Assembly (NCBI GenBank): GCA_029856365.1
Contig: JAHQWW010000028.1
Span: 1-34,297, forward strand
Source: Candidatus Hodarchaeota archaeon
GTDB lineage: Archaea > Asgardarchaeota > Heimdallarchaeia > Hodarchaeales > Hodarchaeaceae
Direction of reading: 5' to 3'
DNA length: 34,297 bases
This document shows, in pieces, positions 24,280-33,890 of this stretch (its first letter is position 1; each line of letters starts with the position of its first letter). The position numbers and the translations under genes were made by a program. The notes beneath the pieces are model-generated. The model did no database searches. It was not told the origin of the DNA and saw only the letters and a program-made list of their open reading frames with translations.

Positions 24280-24461
24280 TCTCTATAAAAAAAATTGGAT
24301 TTTGATTAGCTTTAGTTCAAGGCTATTTTGTCACAGATGAAGTTAATTAAAAGAATCAAACCTATTTTTCTTTTTTAAGATTTTAAAAATTTGTAGACAA
24401 ATATATTTTCATTCTTTATTTAGTTCGATCTAAAAATAATTTTCATTTGTTGGTGGTAAAA

Positions 24462-25205
24462 TTGGGCAATAGTTTTGAAAAACTTAATATTATTATCCAT
24501 GATGGAAGAGAAGAACCCGTTGAACTAGAACGGATGACCGAATTTGAAAAATATGCTTATGAAAGGTTTTACGAACCAGGTCGTGAGTATGATACAACAA
24601 GACAAATCGAAAAACTCGGCCCAGTTCTTATAGATTTCACTAATGTTCATAGTTGGGCTAAAGATATCCCTGACATCGATCCACGAAGCGCACGATTGTT
24701 CTCTATTTGGTTTGAAGATGGGAAAACTGATGAAATTATTGGAATAGCTCACGGCTTTTTTCTTTTGCTTCCTTTTTTGATATCTTCTACTACTCCTTAT
24801 GAGTATTATTCGTTTCAAGAAAATGTTCCTTACTTTCCAATAGCGATTATTTATACAGTTAGAACAACCATTCAAAATGAAATGCAACTTGATCTATTCT
24901 TTGATCGCCTACGGGAAGGAATATCATCAAATTGGAAGAAAACTCGTACTAGTGTAATCAATCGTCTTCCTAAGGGATCTGATTTATGGAAACGCTACAT
25001 TCTTTCTTTTGAAAACATTATTCATTTTAGTTTCCTCTGTCCATCGATTGATCGTGAGATAATTGATGCTTTAGAACGAAATGAATATCGAATAACAAGT
25101 GTATTCCAGCTTCTAGCATCCCCAAGTCCTTCATACGATGAAGCTACCATTGCTCATCACCTCCACACCGCTCGGAAAATACTCAAAGAAGTAAATACTA
25201 AGTAA
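24462..25205 (+). CDS. Hypothetical protein, possible degenerate GNAT fold
   Basis: GGTGG RBS lies 5 nt before TTG at 24462 (track start 24447). LFSIWFED/EIIGIAHG hairpin, IAIIYTV strand plus helix, IHFSFLCP strand and IIDALERNEYRI resemble GNAT motifs D/A/B. Confidence 0.7.
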   Translation: MGNSFEKLNIIIHDGREEPVELERMTEFEKYAYERFYEPGREYDTTRQIEKLGPVLIDFTNVHSWAKDIPDIDPRSARLFSIWFEDGKTDEIIGIAHGFFLLLPFLISSTTPYEYYSFQENVPYFPIAIIYTVRTTIQNEMQLDLFFDRLREGISSNWKKTRTSVINRLPKGSDLWKRYILSFENIIHFSFLCPSIDREIIDALERNEYRITSVFQLLASPSPSYDEATIAHHLHTARKILKEVNTK

Positions 25206-25667
25206 AAGAAAGATCGTCCATTGTAGGAAGTAAATGAAGAACTTCTGCATTGTCAAATCAACCTACTTATATTAAAAAGGCAAGAATGGAATTCCAAACA
25301 ACGCAGTAGATACCCAGTCCAAAAATGAAGTATTCAAATAAAAATACTAATCTAAATCCACAGCACTCAAAATATCACATACGAGTTGAATCATCTCTGT
25401 GTATTGATTTGGGTACGTATCGAAGACGGTGCCAATAGCTGTTGTATAAAAACAAGGATTACCGCAAAGTAAAAACCCTCTCCAGCAAGGAACCATCTAC
25501 ATTCATGAAGATTATTAATTCATTAAGATATTTTTACTGAAATAACAAAATACACAACTTAGGGTTGATGTACCAATTGGGTGTAATATAACATTTTAAA
25601 AATAGGCAATTCCTTTTGAAAGATATTTTTAATGTTAATCTTATAGAAACACAATTTTAAATAATGA

Positions 25668-28600
25668 TCATTGGTCAACAGAGATTGTAGGAGTCACTTT
25701 GGTTCGAAAACTGCCAATAGGTTCAAGTTTATCTTTCATGTAGTCTTCTATGGCCTCAAGGATTATTGATTTTAGCTCTGGCATCATTTTGGGTAACATA
25801 GTAGGAAAAATTTTCTCCAATGTATATGGTAATACACGATCCATTCTCTTTTTCATTTGAGGATACTGATTTAAACCAGGGATTGATAAAAACATATATT
25901 CTTGGATTTCAGGAAGCATATTAGACATGGTTTTGGACCACATAAGTTTGAACATCGTTGTCATCACCCAGGGAAGTTTATCCAAAACTCTAAAGATCGG
26001 ACTCATAATATAACTAAATCTAATGACTTTCAATCCATTGAATATTGTTTTAAAGCCCTCTGGTATTGCTTCCATTATCTCAGGCATCATTAATGACATC
26101 ATTTTGTTTAGTCCATGGGGTGTCATAAGCAAAATGGCAGGTTCAAAAACATGGTTCCAGATATGAAGAACTGTGGGAGTCGGATCTTTAACAGGTATTT
26201 CGCCCATTCCAACTAATACAATGTCAGTGAGATCTTTAATTGGAATATTAATGTTATTTTTTGCTGCTCCTATCCGCAGCTGAAACTCACAACAAGGGCA
26301 AGTTGTATAAATCTCTTCTGCTCCAACATCCTGAGCCTCTTCAAGTCTGATCTTAGCTAATCGATTTGAAGCCTCCCAATTCCCCATTCTCGTTATAACA
26401 GAACCACAACACAAAGAATTTTCTCGATGATGCTCCATTTCTCTAAGATTTAATCCAGGAATAGCTTTCAGTACATTTCGAGGATTTTCATAATAATCAG
26501 AAGGACGAAATAAGTGACAACTATCGTGCCATGTTACGATCCTCTCAATGCTTTGAGAAAATTTGATTTTTCCGTCACTAACAAGTTCATCAATTACCTT
26601 TGAGACATGAATGAATTCCACTTCATCCCAAATTTTTTTCAATTTTGGATACTCATCTATCATCTTTTCTATAAATATTGGATAAAAATAAGCCATCGAA
26701 GTATAACATGCTGGACAAGAAATAATAAGTTTTTTTATACCATTTCTGTGGATATTTGTTATGTTATTTACCATAGTTTCTTTAAAAACATCCCATAAAC
26801 CAGCCATCATCATAGGGGCTCCACAGCATCCTTCATTATCCAGTATGGTAAAGTTTACCCCTCCTACTTTCAAGATACGCGTTGCTCCTGAGGCAATGTT
26901 TGGCATCAAATAACTAGCAGTACAGCCACTCCAGTAACCAATATCGGCTTTTTTACCAACGAAAGGTTTGATTTCTTCTGGAACCCAGTCAACACGGTGA
27001 TTTGGATCATGGCTCCATATATTCTTTCCTGTAACAATTCCTCCTGCCATTAAGTGGAAAGCTGGGAAAGTTGCACATTGTTTACTATTAATCAGGATAC
27101 CCCGCATTTCTTCAAAAAGAGATTCAATAGAGATATTTAATTGACAAATCCCTGGTTGCTCACAACGAAAACAAGTTGTACATAGAATAAATTCACTAGC
27201 GAGCTCATCTGTAAGCTTTACTTTACCTTTAGCTAGTTGAGTTAAATAATAGAATTTACCACGCGGTGAGGCTTTTTCCAATCTTCGTCCTTCAAATATA
27301 GTACAAACCTGTTGACAATAGCTGCATTGAGCACAGCTAAATGCTTCATTAACTAGTTCCTCTGGGAGATACTTAGCTCGACGTCTTCCATGTAAACCAC
27401 GAGCAATTACCTCTATGAGGGGAAGGAAAGAGCGGACAACGGGGAAGTTAGCCATGAACATGGCCCACCATAACATTTTTGCTTTTGGAAATAGAACTTT
27501 ACCAGGATTAAGAAGATTGTGAGGATCATTTATGGTCTTAATAACCTTTAAATCCTTTATGAATTCCTCTCCAAATATATTCTTTGCTTCTGAGGTAAAA
27601 AACAAACCTGTTCCATAAGTGTGACCTTTATTCTTTTTTAAAATCCGCAAAAACTTCAAACTACGTGAAAATCTGAGAGGATATCCCCAAGAACGTTCAT
27701 CACCAAGACTGAACGCGAGAAGAATAACATTGCTAGATGTTGTCATTGTTCCCTCAATGGCTATACTCTTAATAGCTGACTCAATTCTACTTAACGCTAC
27801 AGCAAGATGGTTAATTTTTATAATTCCCTCAGAAGGAACAAGAGTCGGTCCAAGCCGCTTAAATCTTAACGGATAAAAGCGTTCTTCCCATTGATGAGCG
27901 GTAAGAATATGTTTTAACTCTTTACCCCCATATTTCTTAGCAAGATTCACAATGGAATCACGAACTTTCTCATATATTTCTGAATGAACGACAACCATTA
28001 CAAAATAACGATCTTCTGGAAGAGGAAGTTGAAATACCTCCAATCCTTTAAGAAAAACCTTTTCTCCTTTATCAGGAAATCCTTTAATAGTTCTTAGAAC
28101 CTTTGCTGGCTGTGTTTTCACTGTTAAGTTCTTTAATTTCATGAGCTCGGGTGTGAGAAAGCTAATATGCCAAATGGGAAGTTTTTTTGCAGCCACTTCC
28201 TGAAGAAATGATTGTAGCGCTTCTGGTGTTGGAATACCAACGCCAATGGGTTCATATCGCTGTTTCTCATCAATTTTGACCGTTATTTTCGAAATAATCC
28301 CCATAATCCCTTCTAAACCATAATAGTACTTTAAATCATCTCCCACGACTGTTTTTGCCACTCCATCGAGACTTATTACTTCAATAGAATGAACAATGTT
28401 CAAAAAGCTACCATTTTCATAAGAACCAATTCCTGATCCTCCCATAGCAAAAAATCCTCCCACAGAACTCCCTGGCGCGGAGGTGGGATATATTTTAAGC
28501 CCTAAAAAATATTTCTGTAGCTCCTGTTCTAAATCTTTCCAAATAATTCCTGGTTCCACAGTTACAAGCTTTGCATCCCTGTCGATATTTAGTACCTTTC

Positions 28601-28898
28601 GAAACCACGTGAAATTCAAGACCAACCCTTTATTGATTGGTACTGCTCCACCATAACCAGCAGTACCCCTACCTCGGGGTGTGATTGGCATTTTGTACTT
28701 TCGAGCTATCCTTAAGGCTGATTTAATGTCATCATTACTTTCGATTCTAATTACAGCATCTGGAATAGTTTTCAAAAACTTTAAAATTGGTGAAGGTATA
28801 ACAGAAACATCATGGCTATTTAATTTTCGTTCGATATAGTCAAACGAAACTTTATTATCAAATACTTCTCTTAACTCTGAAATATATTCAGATTTCAT
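25668..28898 (-). CDS. FAD-binding (PCMH) + 2x[4Fe-4S] + two CCG-domain fused oxidoreductase (GlcD/GlcF, D-lactate/glycolate dehydrogenase-like)
   Basis: FAD oxidase motifs ITPRGRGTAGYGGAVP, VTVEPG, SSVGG and DPHNLLNPGK. Ferredoxin motifs CAQCSYCQQVC and CTTCFRC...IC. CCG motifs GC...EGCCG...SCPAC and HDSCH...LCCG...TCPCC. ATG at 28898 is preferred because it avoids overlap with the upstream gene. Confidence 0.92.
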   Translation of the reverse strand: MKSEYISELREVFDNKVSFDYIERKLNSHDVSVIPSPILKFLKTIPDAVIRIESNDDIKSALRIARKYKMPITPRGRGTAGYGGAVPINKGLVLNFTWFRKVLNIDRDAKLVTVEPGIIWKDLEQELQKYFLGLKIYPTSAPGSSVGGFFAMGGSGIGSYENGSFLNIVHSIEVISLDGVAKTVVGDDLKYYYGLEGIMGIISKITVKIDEKQRYEPIGVGIPTPEALQSFLQEVAAKKLPIWHISFLTPELMKLKNLTVKTQPAKVLRTIKGFPDKGEKVFLKGLEVFQLPLPEDRYFVMVVVHSEIYEKVRDSIVNLAKKYGGKELKHILTAHQWEERFYPLRFKRLGPTLVPSEGIIKINHLAVALSRIESAIKSIAIEGTMTTSSNVILLAFSLGDERSWGYPLRFSRSLKFLRILKKNKGHTYGTGLFFTSEAKNIFGEEFIKDLKVIKTINDPHNLLNPGKVLFPKAKMLWWAMFMANFPVVRSFLPLIEVIARGLHGRRRAKYLPEELVNEAFSCAQCSYCQQVCTIFEGRRLEKASPRGKFYYLTQLAKGKVKLTDELASEFILCTTCFRCEQPGICQLNISIESLFEEMRGILINSKQCATFPAFHLMAGGIVTGKNIWSHDPNHRVDWVPEEIKPFVGKKADIGYWSGCTASYLMPNIASGATRILKVGGVNFTILDNEGCCGAPMMMAGLWDVFKETMVNNITNIHRNGIKKLIISCPACYTSMAYFYPIFIEKMIDEYPKLKKIWDEVEFIHVSKVIDELVSDGKIKFSQSIERIVTWHDSCHLFRPSDYYENPRNVLKAIPGLNLREMEHHRENSLCCGSVITRMGNWEASNRLAKIRLEEAQDVGAEEIYTTCPCCEFQLRIGAAKNNINIPIKDLTDIVLVGMGEIPVKDPTPTVLHIWNHVFEPAILLMTPHGLNKMMSLMMPEIMEAIPEGFKTIFNGLKVIRFSYIMSPIFRVLDKLPWVMTTMFKLMWSKTMSNMLPEIQEYMFLSIPGLNQYPQMKKRMDRVLPYTLEKIFPTMLPKMMPELKSIILEAIEDYMKDKLEPIGSFRTKVTPTISVDQ

Positions 28899-28927
28899 GT
28901 TAAAACCTTTATATTCATTCTTTAGAA

Positions 28928-29878
28928 TCAGATTGCCCAATTATCCGTTACATTTCTATAATTAGGATCATCCCAATAATTTGTTGCAGGAAAATTGACA
29001 TAAGGAGGAAAGGGAGGCCATTCAACTTTGGGATTGTAATCACTTCGGATAATTTTTCCTTGGTTCCAAAAAGAATGAAACTCATCTGAGTAATACCCTG
29101 TAACAAACATTGATTCTCTCTCTAAGGAAGGATAATAGCCCTCTTTTTCACGATCATCTTGATTAAACGCAACAAAACATAACGGTTCAATGATCTGCCC
29201 CTCAATTTCACCTATTTGATAGGTTTGACGAGTATGCATGAGAGAAATCCCATAAGTATCTACAATTGGTAACAATTCTTCAATTATGTCAGGAAATACA
29301 TGGAAACTCATAAGAACAATGATGACCCTTCCTCTTAATTCTCCTATTGTAGGCCAAGAGCTTCCAGGCCCACCAAATTGTTGTAAATATTCTTCCTTGA
29401 TATAAAGTCTTTCCCAACGATTGGACTCGTTTTTAAATTCAAAGGCATTTGATATTTGCTCATTAAAACGAATAAGGCCATATCTCTTGTGAGGACGATT
29501 ACCTCGATCTTGGAGATCTCTTTTGATATCTAAAAAAATAGTAATAGGTGCATGATTGGGCTTTCGTTTGGACCAGTTATTTATAACTTCTAACCAGTCT
29601 TTAAGATTATTACTCCGTGGATTTCCAGACGCTTTATGATTTACTTCATGTCCAGGGGCCCAATGACCGACCTTGAAGCTACCTTTTCCACGAAAAATTT
29701 TCAGAAGAGTCAAAAATCTCTTTATTCGTTCAAATAACGTCCAACTATCATGAATATCGAGCTCAAAGCCCCGGATTCCATAATCAAGCTGACGTATTAA
29801 TGACCACCGATAAGAATTATGGGTTGTCATAAAAATACTCTTGTTATAAGGTTGATCATCAGATATTCCATCAGTCAT
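28928..29878 (-). CDS. Ca2+-dependent phosphoinositide-specific phospholipase C-like protein (PI-PLC X-domain TIM barrel)
   Basis: Motifs THNSY, QLDYGIRGFELDIH, GH, L..WL..I..WS...PNHAPITIFLDIK and WPTIGELRGRVIIVL. GGTGA RBS; no signal peptide. Confidence 0.85.
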   Translation of the reverse strand: MTDGISDDQPYNKSIFMTTHNSYRWSLIRQLDYGIRGFELDIHDSWTLFERIKRFLTLLKIFRGKGSFKVGHWAPGHEVNHKASGNPRSNNLKDWLEVINNWSKRKPNHAPITIFLDIKRDLQDRGNRPHKRYGLIRFNEQISNAFEFKNESNRWERLYIKEEYLQQFGGPGSSWPTIGELRGRVIIVLMSFHVFPDIIEELLPIVDTYGISLMHTRQTYQIGEIEGQIIEPLCFVAFNQDDREKEGYYPSLERESMFVTGYYSDEFHSFWNQGKIIRSDYNPKVEWPPFPPYVNFPATNYWDDPNYRNVTDNWAI

Positions 29879-30084
29879 AATTTTTCACCTATAAATCTTA
29901 AGAAAGATAGATATAATACACTACACAGCCATTTATAATATCTTCGTTCATATTTTGGGTTTGAAGAAAAGAGAAAGTTCATGTCTAAATCATAAGTGAA
30001 TGGAATAAAATGCCTCTTGATGGTTTTTTAATTTCGGCAGATAAGAAAATAACTGCTAAGATTTCAACAATAGATAGATTTTAG

Positions 30085-30810
30085 TCATTGGGGTCGAAAA
30101 ACGTGTTCAGGAGGATCAGTTTCGATCACTAAACTGCTAGAAATATTCCATGACTCTATCATTCCACCCCATACTGGTTTTATTTGTGACCTTGGCCTCA
30201 AATACACATTAACCCAATCATAAGGAGGAATCATGACATGCCAAGAAAGTTCTAATTCCCAGGTCTCAGTTTTCAATAAATAATGTTCAACAACAAGTAA
30301 ACCAGCATCATTGCAAGATATTTCCCAAGGAGTATTACTATTGATGTTGAAATCGGGTTTATTTTGGGAAAAATACGTTATAAACGGAGCTAATTTTTCA
30401 TAAGCTTGTTCCTGCTGTGATCCTTCCCATTCCCAAACATTCAGGATAGCAAAATCAGATATCTTACCTATTCCAACTTCTAATTTAATTGTTTGTCCAG
30501 TGTGAGTATTATTCGGATAAAGTAAAACTTCTAGAACCGAAGGAGTTGTTAGAGACCATATTTTATATTTGGTTTCTATAGTAACGTTTGTTGATATTGT
30601 TATTTCTGGTATATTTTGTTGTGTTTTGCTTGAAATGTTTACAATATACCAAGCAAAATTATTTGAACAAGAGTTTATTCTTTTTGTAACTATTTCTACA
30701 CTTATAGGGTCAGTATTATTGTTATTAATTAATAAATTTCCTATTAAAAAACCGCCGATAATAGCTAAACCAACTAAAATAAGCCCAATCCATACTAAGG
30801 TCTTCGACAT
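30085..30810 (-). CDS. N-terminally anchored membrane/secreted hypothetical protein
   Basis: N-terminal TM helix (LVWIGLILVGLAIIGGFLIG), a beta-rich extracellular part with several NxS/T sequons, and a Trp-rich C-terminal domain (WELELSWHVMIPPYDW). Confidence 0.8.
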   Translation of the reverse strand: MSKTLVWIGLILVGLAIIGGFLIGNLLINNNNTDPISVEIVTKRINSCSNNFAWYIVNISSKTQQNIPEITISTNVTIETKYKIWSLTTPSVLEVLLYPNNTHTGQTIKLEVGIGKISDFAILNVWEWEGSQQEQAYEKLAPFITYFSQNKPDFNINSNTPWEISCNDAGLLVVEHYLLKTETWELELSWHVMIPPYDWVNVYLRPRSQIKPVWGGMIESWNISSSLVIETDPPEHVFRPQ

Positions 30811-30995
30811 GATTTGTTAACCCTTAATTACTATTAAATTTTATTTAATCATTTTAGATATTAAAGAATGTTTTTGATGCAAATAATACTAAAGGCTGGA
30901 TTAACACCTAAAAAAATTTTTTAGTATATCCTCTAGCTTGGGACATTCCCAAAAAAAGTAAATACACAAATGGGCACCCTTCCTATCTTAATTCT

Positions 30996-31961
30996 CTAAC
31001 CTAATTTATTCAGAATGAATACCTTTCCCTCGTTTTTTGTTTTCCCCTGCGATATTATGCTCTTTTGGGGTCTATCCTGTTCTGATGAATTAAGTACGAG
31101 AGAGCGTAAAAATATACTAACGGAATGGCTTCCTTCTAAAGACTCTCCTGTAGTTACAGGGAGGCAATATTCAATTGTCAGTTTATTTGATTCCAGGGAT
31201 AAGATGGCGACTATAGCATTTTCAATAGCTTGTAGATCTCCCTGCTGGTACGTTAAGACAAGTAAATTCGGTTGGAAATCTGGATTAAATTCAATGAATT
31301 GATCGAAAAGCGATTTATAAACCATGAAACTGTACATGGGATTTAGAAAAAGGGCTTCAATTTTCTTGATAATTGTATTATATTTCTCTCTCCATCCATA
31401 TCCTAAATCGTGTAAACATGAAGATTCCATCCGAATGATGTCGAGATCGTTCTCTGTGGACTGTTTAAATTGAAATGACACAGTTTGTAAAGGAAAAATA
31501 CTAGTTATTTCTTCAATCTGGATATATTCACCCAATCCCGAGAGACAAATGAGATCAAACCAATAAGATCCGCCTTTGGATTTATGTGTTATTATACATG
31601 AATCCTGGGAATCATCTTTTTCAAGGAGATGAAATAAGTTATTTATTTTCTTTACCATCTTTTTTCCTGCTAAGTAAGGGATACCATGACCATACAAGCC
31701 CTCACACAAGAAAAAAATCCTATAATTCCCACTCTGTACCGTAAATATACCCATTCCCTCTAATTCAGGGATGGCGTGGCCAAAAACTCCTGACATCGTA
31801 TAATGAGGTGCTTTTTCCACCTCAGCGAGTGCCAATGCTAGCGCGGTATATAATGCTCCCCCTAATTCAGGTTCGAGCTCAATACCCCCTCTTAAGTGAC
31901 AGTGACCAATGATATGCATGCATGGAAGATGTTGAATCCAAATTTGGCTTACGACTACCAA
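30996..31961 (-). CDS. Hypothetical protein with N-terminal longin-like domain
   Basis: 321-aa ORF with a TTG start. VSQIWIQH/MHIIGHCH hairpin, LEPELGGALYTALALALAEV helix, GIFTVQSG/YRIFFLCE strands and a following helix match the longin-like pattern (by eye). Confidence 0.65.
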   Translation of the reverse strand: MVVVSQIWIQHLPCMHIIGHCHLRGGIELEPELGGALYTALALALAEVEKAPHYTMSGVFGHAIPELEGMGIFTVQSGNYRIFFLCEGLYGHGIPYLAGKKMVKKINNLFHLLEKDDSQDSCIITHKSKGGSYWFDLICLSGLGEYIQIEEITSIFPLQTVSFQFKQSTENDLDIIRMESSCLHDLGYGWREKYNTIIKKIEALFLNPMYSFMVYKSLFDQFIEFNPDFQPNLLVLTYQQGDLQAIENAIVAILSLESNKLTIEYCLPVTTGESLEGSHSVSIFLRSLVLNSSEQDRPQKSIISQGKTKNEGKVFILNKLG

Positions 31962-33227
31962 TAAGAATCCCCATAGAGGATGTACTTCTAGTAAAAATCA
32001 CTTAAGGAGGGAAAAACTGTTGTCTTGGGATATTTAACCTAGAACTCTTTTTACAAAACATGGTCTTTCTAGTTAAACTAGTTATGTTTTGAGACAGTTC
32101 CCTTAATTGATTCGCATTATAATTTGGAATTCATGATTATAAAGTATTCCAAATAATGCTCCATGAATCTGCGGAGAGTCTCTCTAGAGCATTTTGGTTA
32201 AACAATATGTGAAGATTATTGTTTAAAGGAGAACAGAAACAGTAGCTATATCACTTTATTCCCAATTTTCTTCCTAATAAATATTATACTAGACTGATTA
32301 TCCTGGTAATATGAGGTTCACAAATTATTAATTCAGTTTGTTTAATAAAACAAATTAAAAAAAGAATTTGAATTGAATAACATTTACATAAATAAATTAT
32401 GATTCTTGGGTTATTGGTTATAAGAAAGAAAAAGATTTTTTTCAAGTAAGTTTGAATATTGAATGGTTTCTTATTTTTTATCTCCAAATTAAAATAAGGA
32501 GGAGGAACATGAGGAATTGTAAAACTCTATTTTCGCTAGAATAGTAGTTGAGGTGCTTCTCTATTAATGAATCCCATTTGATTAGACTTATAAATGAAGA
32601 AATATTTTATTATAATTGAAAATACAATGACTTCAAATCCGAATAAACTTCAATCTGAAGGAGATATCACAGAAATCGTTGAAATATTAAAATTTCTGAA
32701 CTATGATGGTACAGTTAGCTTTCTTGACATAGATTCCATTGTAGCAGTTCAATAACTATAAATATCATCTTAAGCGGCTGGGTCGGAGCCTTTTTAAAAC
32801 AAGTCCCTCTAACGTTCTAGTCTTCAATGTTAAGGTCTAGAATAACAAAAAAATAGTAAGAACCTTATTAAGGCTTAAAAGGCTGGGTCTTTTTGGACCT
32901 TATATGAAAATATTATCAAATCTTTACTCAGTCATCCATTGTATGTTAATGATCAATTTAAATGCCCCTAAATCAATCAATTTAAGATTAACTTCCCTCG
33001 AATTCAATTGTAACTAAGAATAATTAGATTTGATTTACAGAAAAGGTAAAAAAGATTAGTTTTATTGGCATTTTTTCCACTTAGAATTCTTTTAACACAA
33101 TTGTACTGTAATTACACCTGCATTACAATTCTTATCTAAATAAAGGTAATAAAAGCACAAACAAGTCAAGTAAAAAAGCATAAACATACAGAGTAAAAAA
33201 GAAAATTATCAATATTGGTGATATATT

Positions 33228-33650
33228 ATGACTCAAAGAGTTGAGAAGAAACTTGGTCCAATTACTATTGTCCCCAATAGAGATTGGAAGATTCTATTTT
33301 TAGTTGCAGCTGTTTTTTTAATATTTTCTGTAGCATTCCTAGCTCCAGAAGAAACAACGCAGGAAACTTTCGATTTAATGCAAGGACTGGTTTTTACACT
33401 AATCGGTATTTATGGAGGAATTCGTGGTAGGGGTGAGCAGAAGAGTACTGAAGCAAACGCGGTTGATAATGAGAACAACACATTTGGAGTAAAAGCTGGG
33501 GTCTTTCGTGGCTTAGCAGCTATTGTAGTATTGTTTTTAATTGGTTACGCCTTCCTTGTCTCTGAACATGACAAATTGGTGTTTTTAATACTTTCATTTA
33601 GCGAATTATTAGGAATCAGTATTCCTCCAATTGCCAAAGGGGAAGCATAA
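33228..33650 (+). CDS. Small multi-pass membrane protein (3-4 TM)
   Basis: GGTGA RBS. Hydrophobic segments ILFLVAAVFLIFSVAFL, LVFTLIGIYGGI, LAAIVVLFLIGYAFLV and LVFLILSFSELLGISI. Confidence 0.8.
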   Translation: MTQRVEKKLGPITIVPNRDWKILFLVAAVFLIFSVAFLAPEETTQETFDLMQGLVFTLIGIYGGIRGRGEQKSTEANAVDNENNTFGVKAGVFRGLAAIVVLFLIGYAFLVSEHDKLVFLILSFSELLGISIPPIAKGEA

Positions 33651-33890
33651 GAATAATTAAGTTAACTTAGTTAATAAAAAAGAGATATTTGGAGATTTGA
33701 GGAATAACAATTTAATTTTATCTTTATTCATATACTAAGCTTACTAAAGAATTGTGAAGAAAGGTAAAAATACACAAAAGTATAATTTTGTTCGGTCTAG
33801 TTCTTATTCTCGTGATGAGATCTTTTGAAATAAACCAAATTGTTGGGAGTAGTGATGAAGCTGCTCAAAAAGACAGGGTACGTGTCCTGA

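Noticed and set aside
25206-25520. Hydrophobic minus-strand reading-frame fragments between the convergent genes
   Set aside because: Possibly a decayed membrane-protein gene, but the fragments are short and no family can be recognised without a search.
23349-31302. Overlapping ORFs 23349-23555, 24015-24242, 24525-24887, 25902-26093, 26607-26798, 30569-30820 and 31015-31302
   Set aside because: Each overlaps a better-supported gene with an RBS or family motifs.
32284-32487. 67-aa minus-strand ORF
   Set aside because: It lies in extremely AT-rich sequence with I/K/F/L-biased composition and no RBS or motif; likely spurious.
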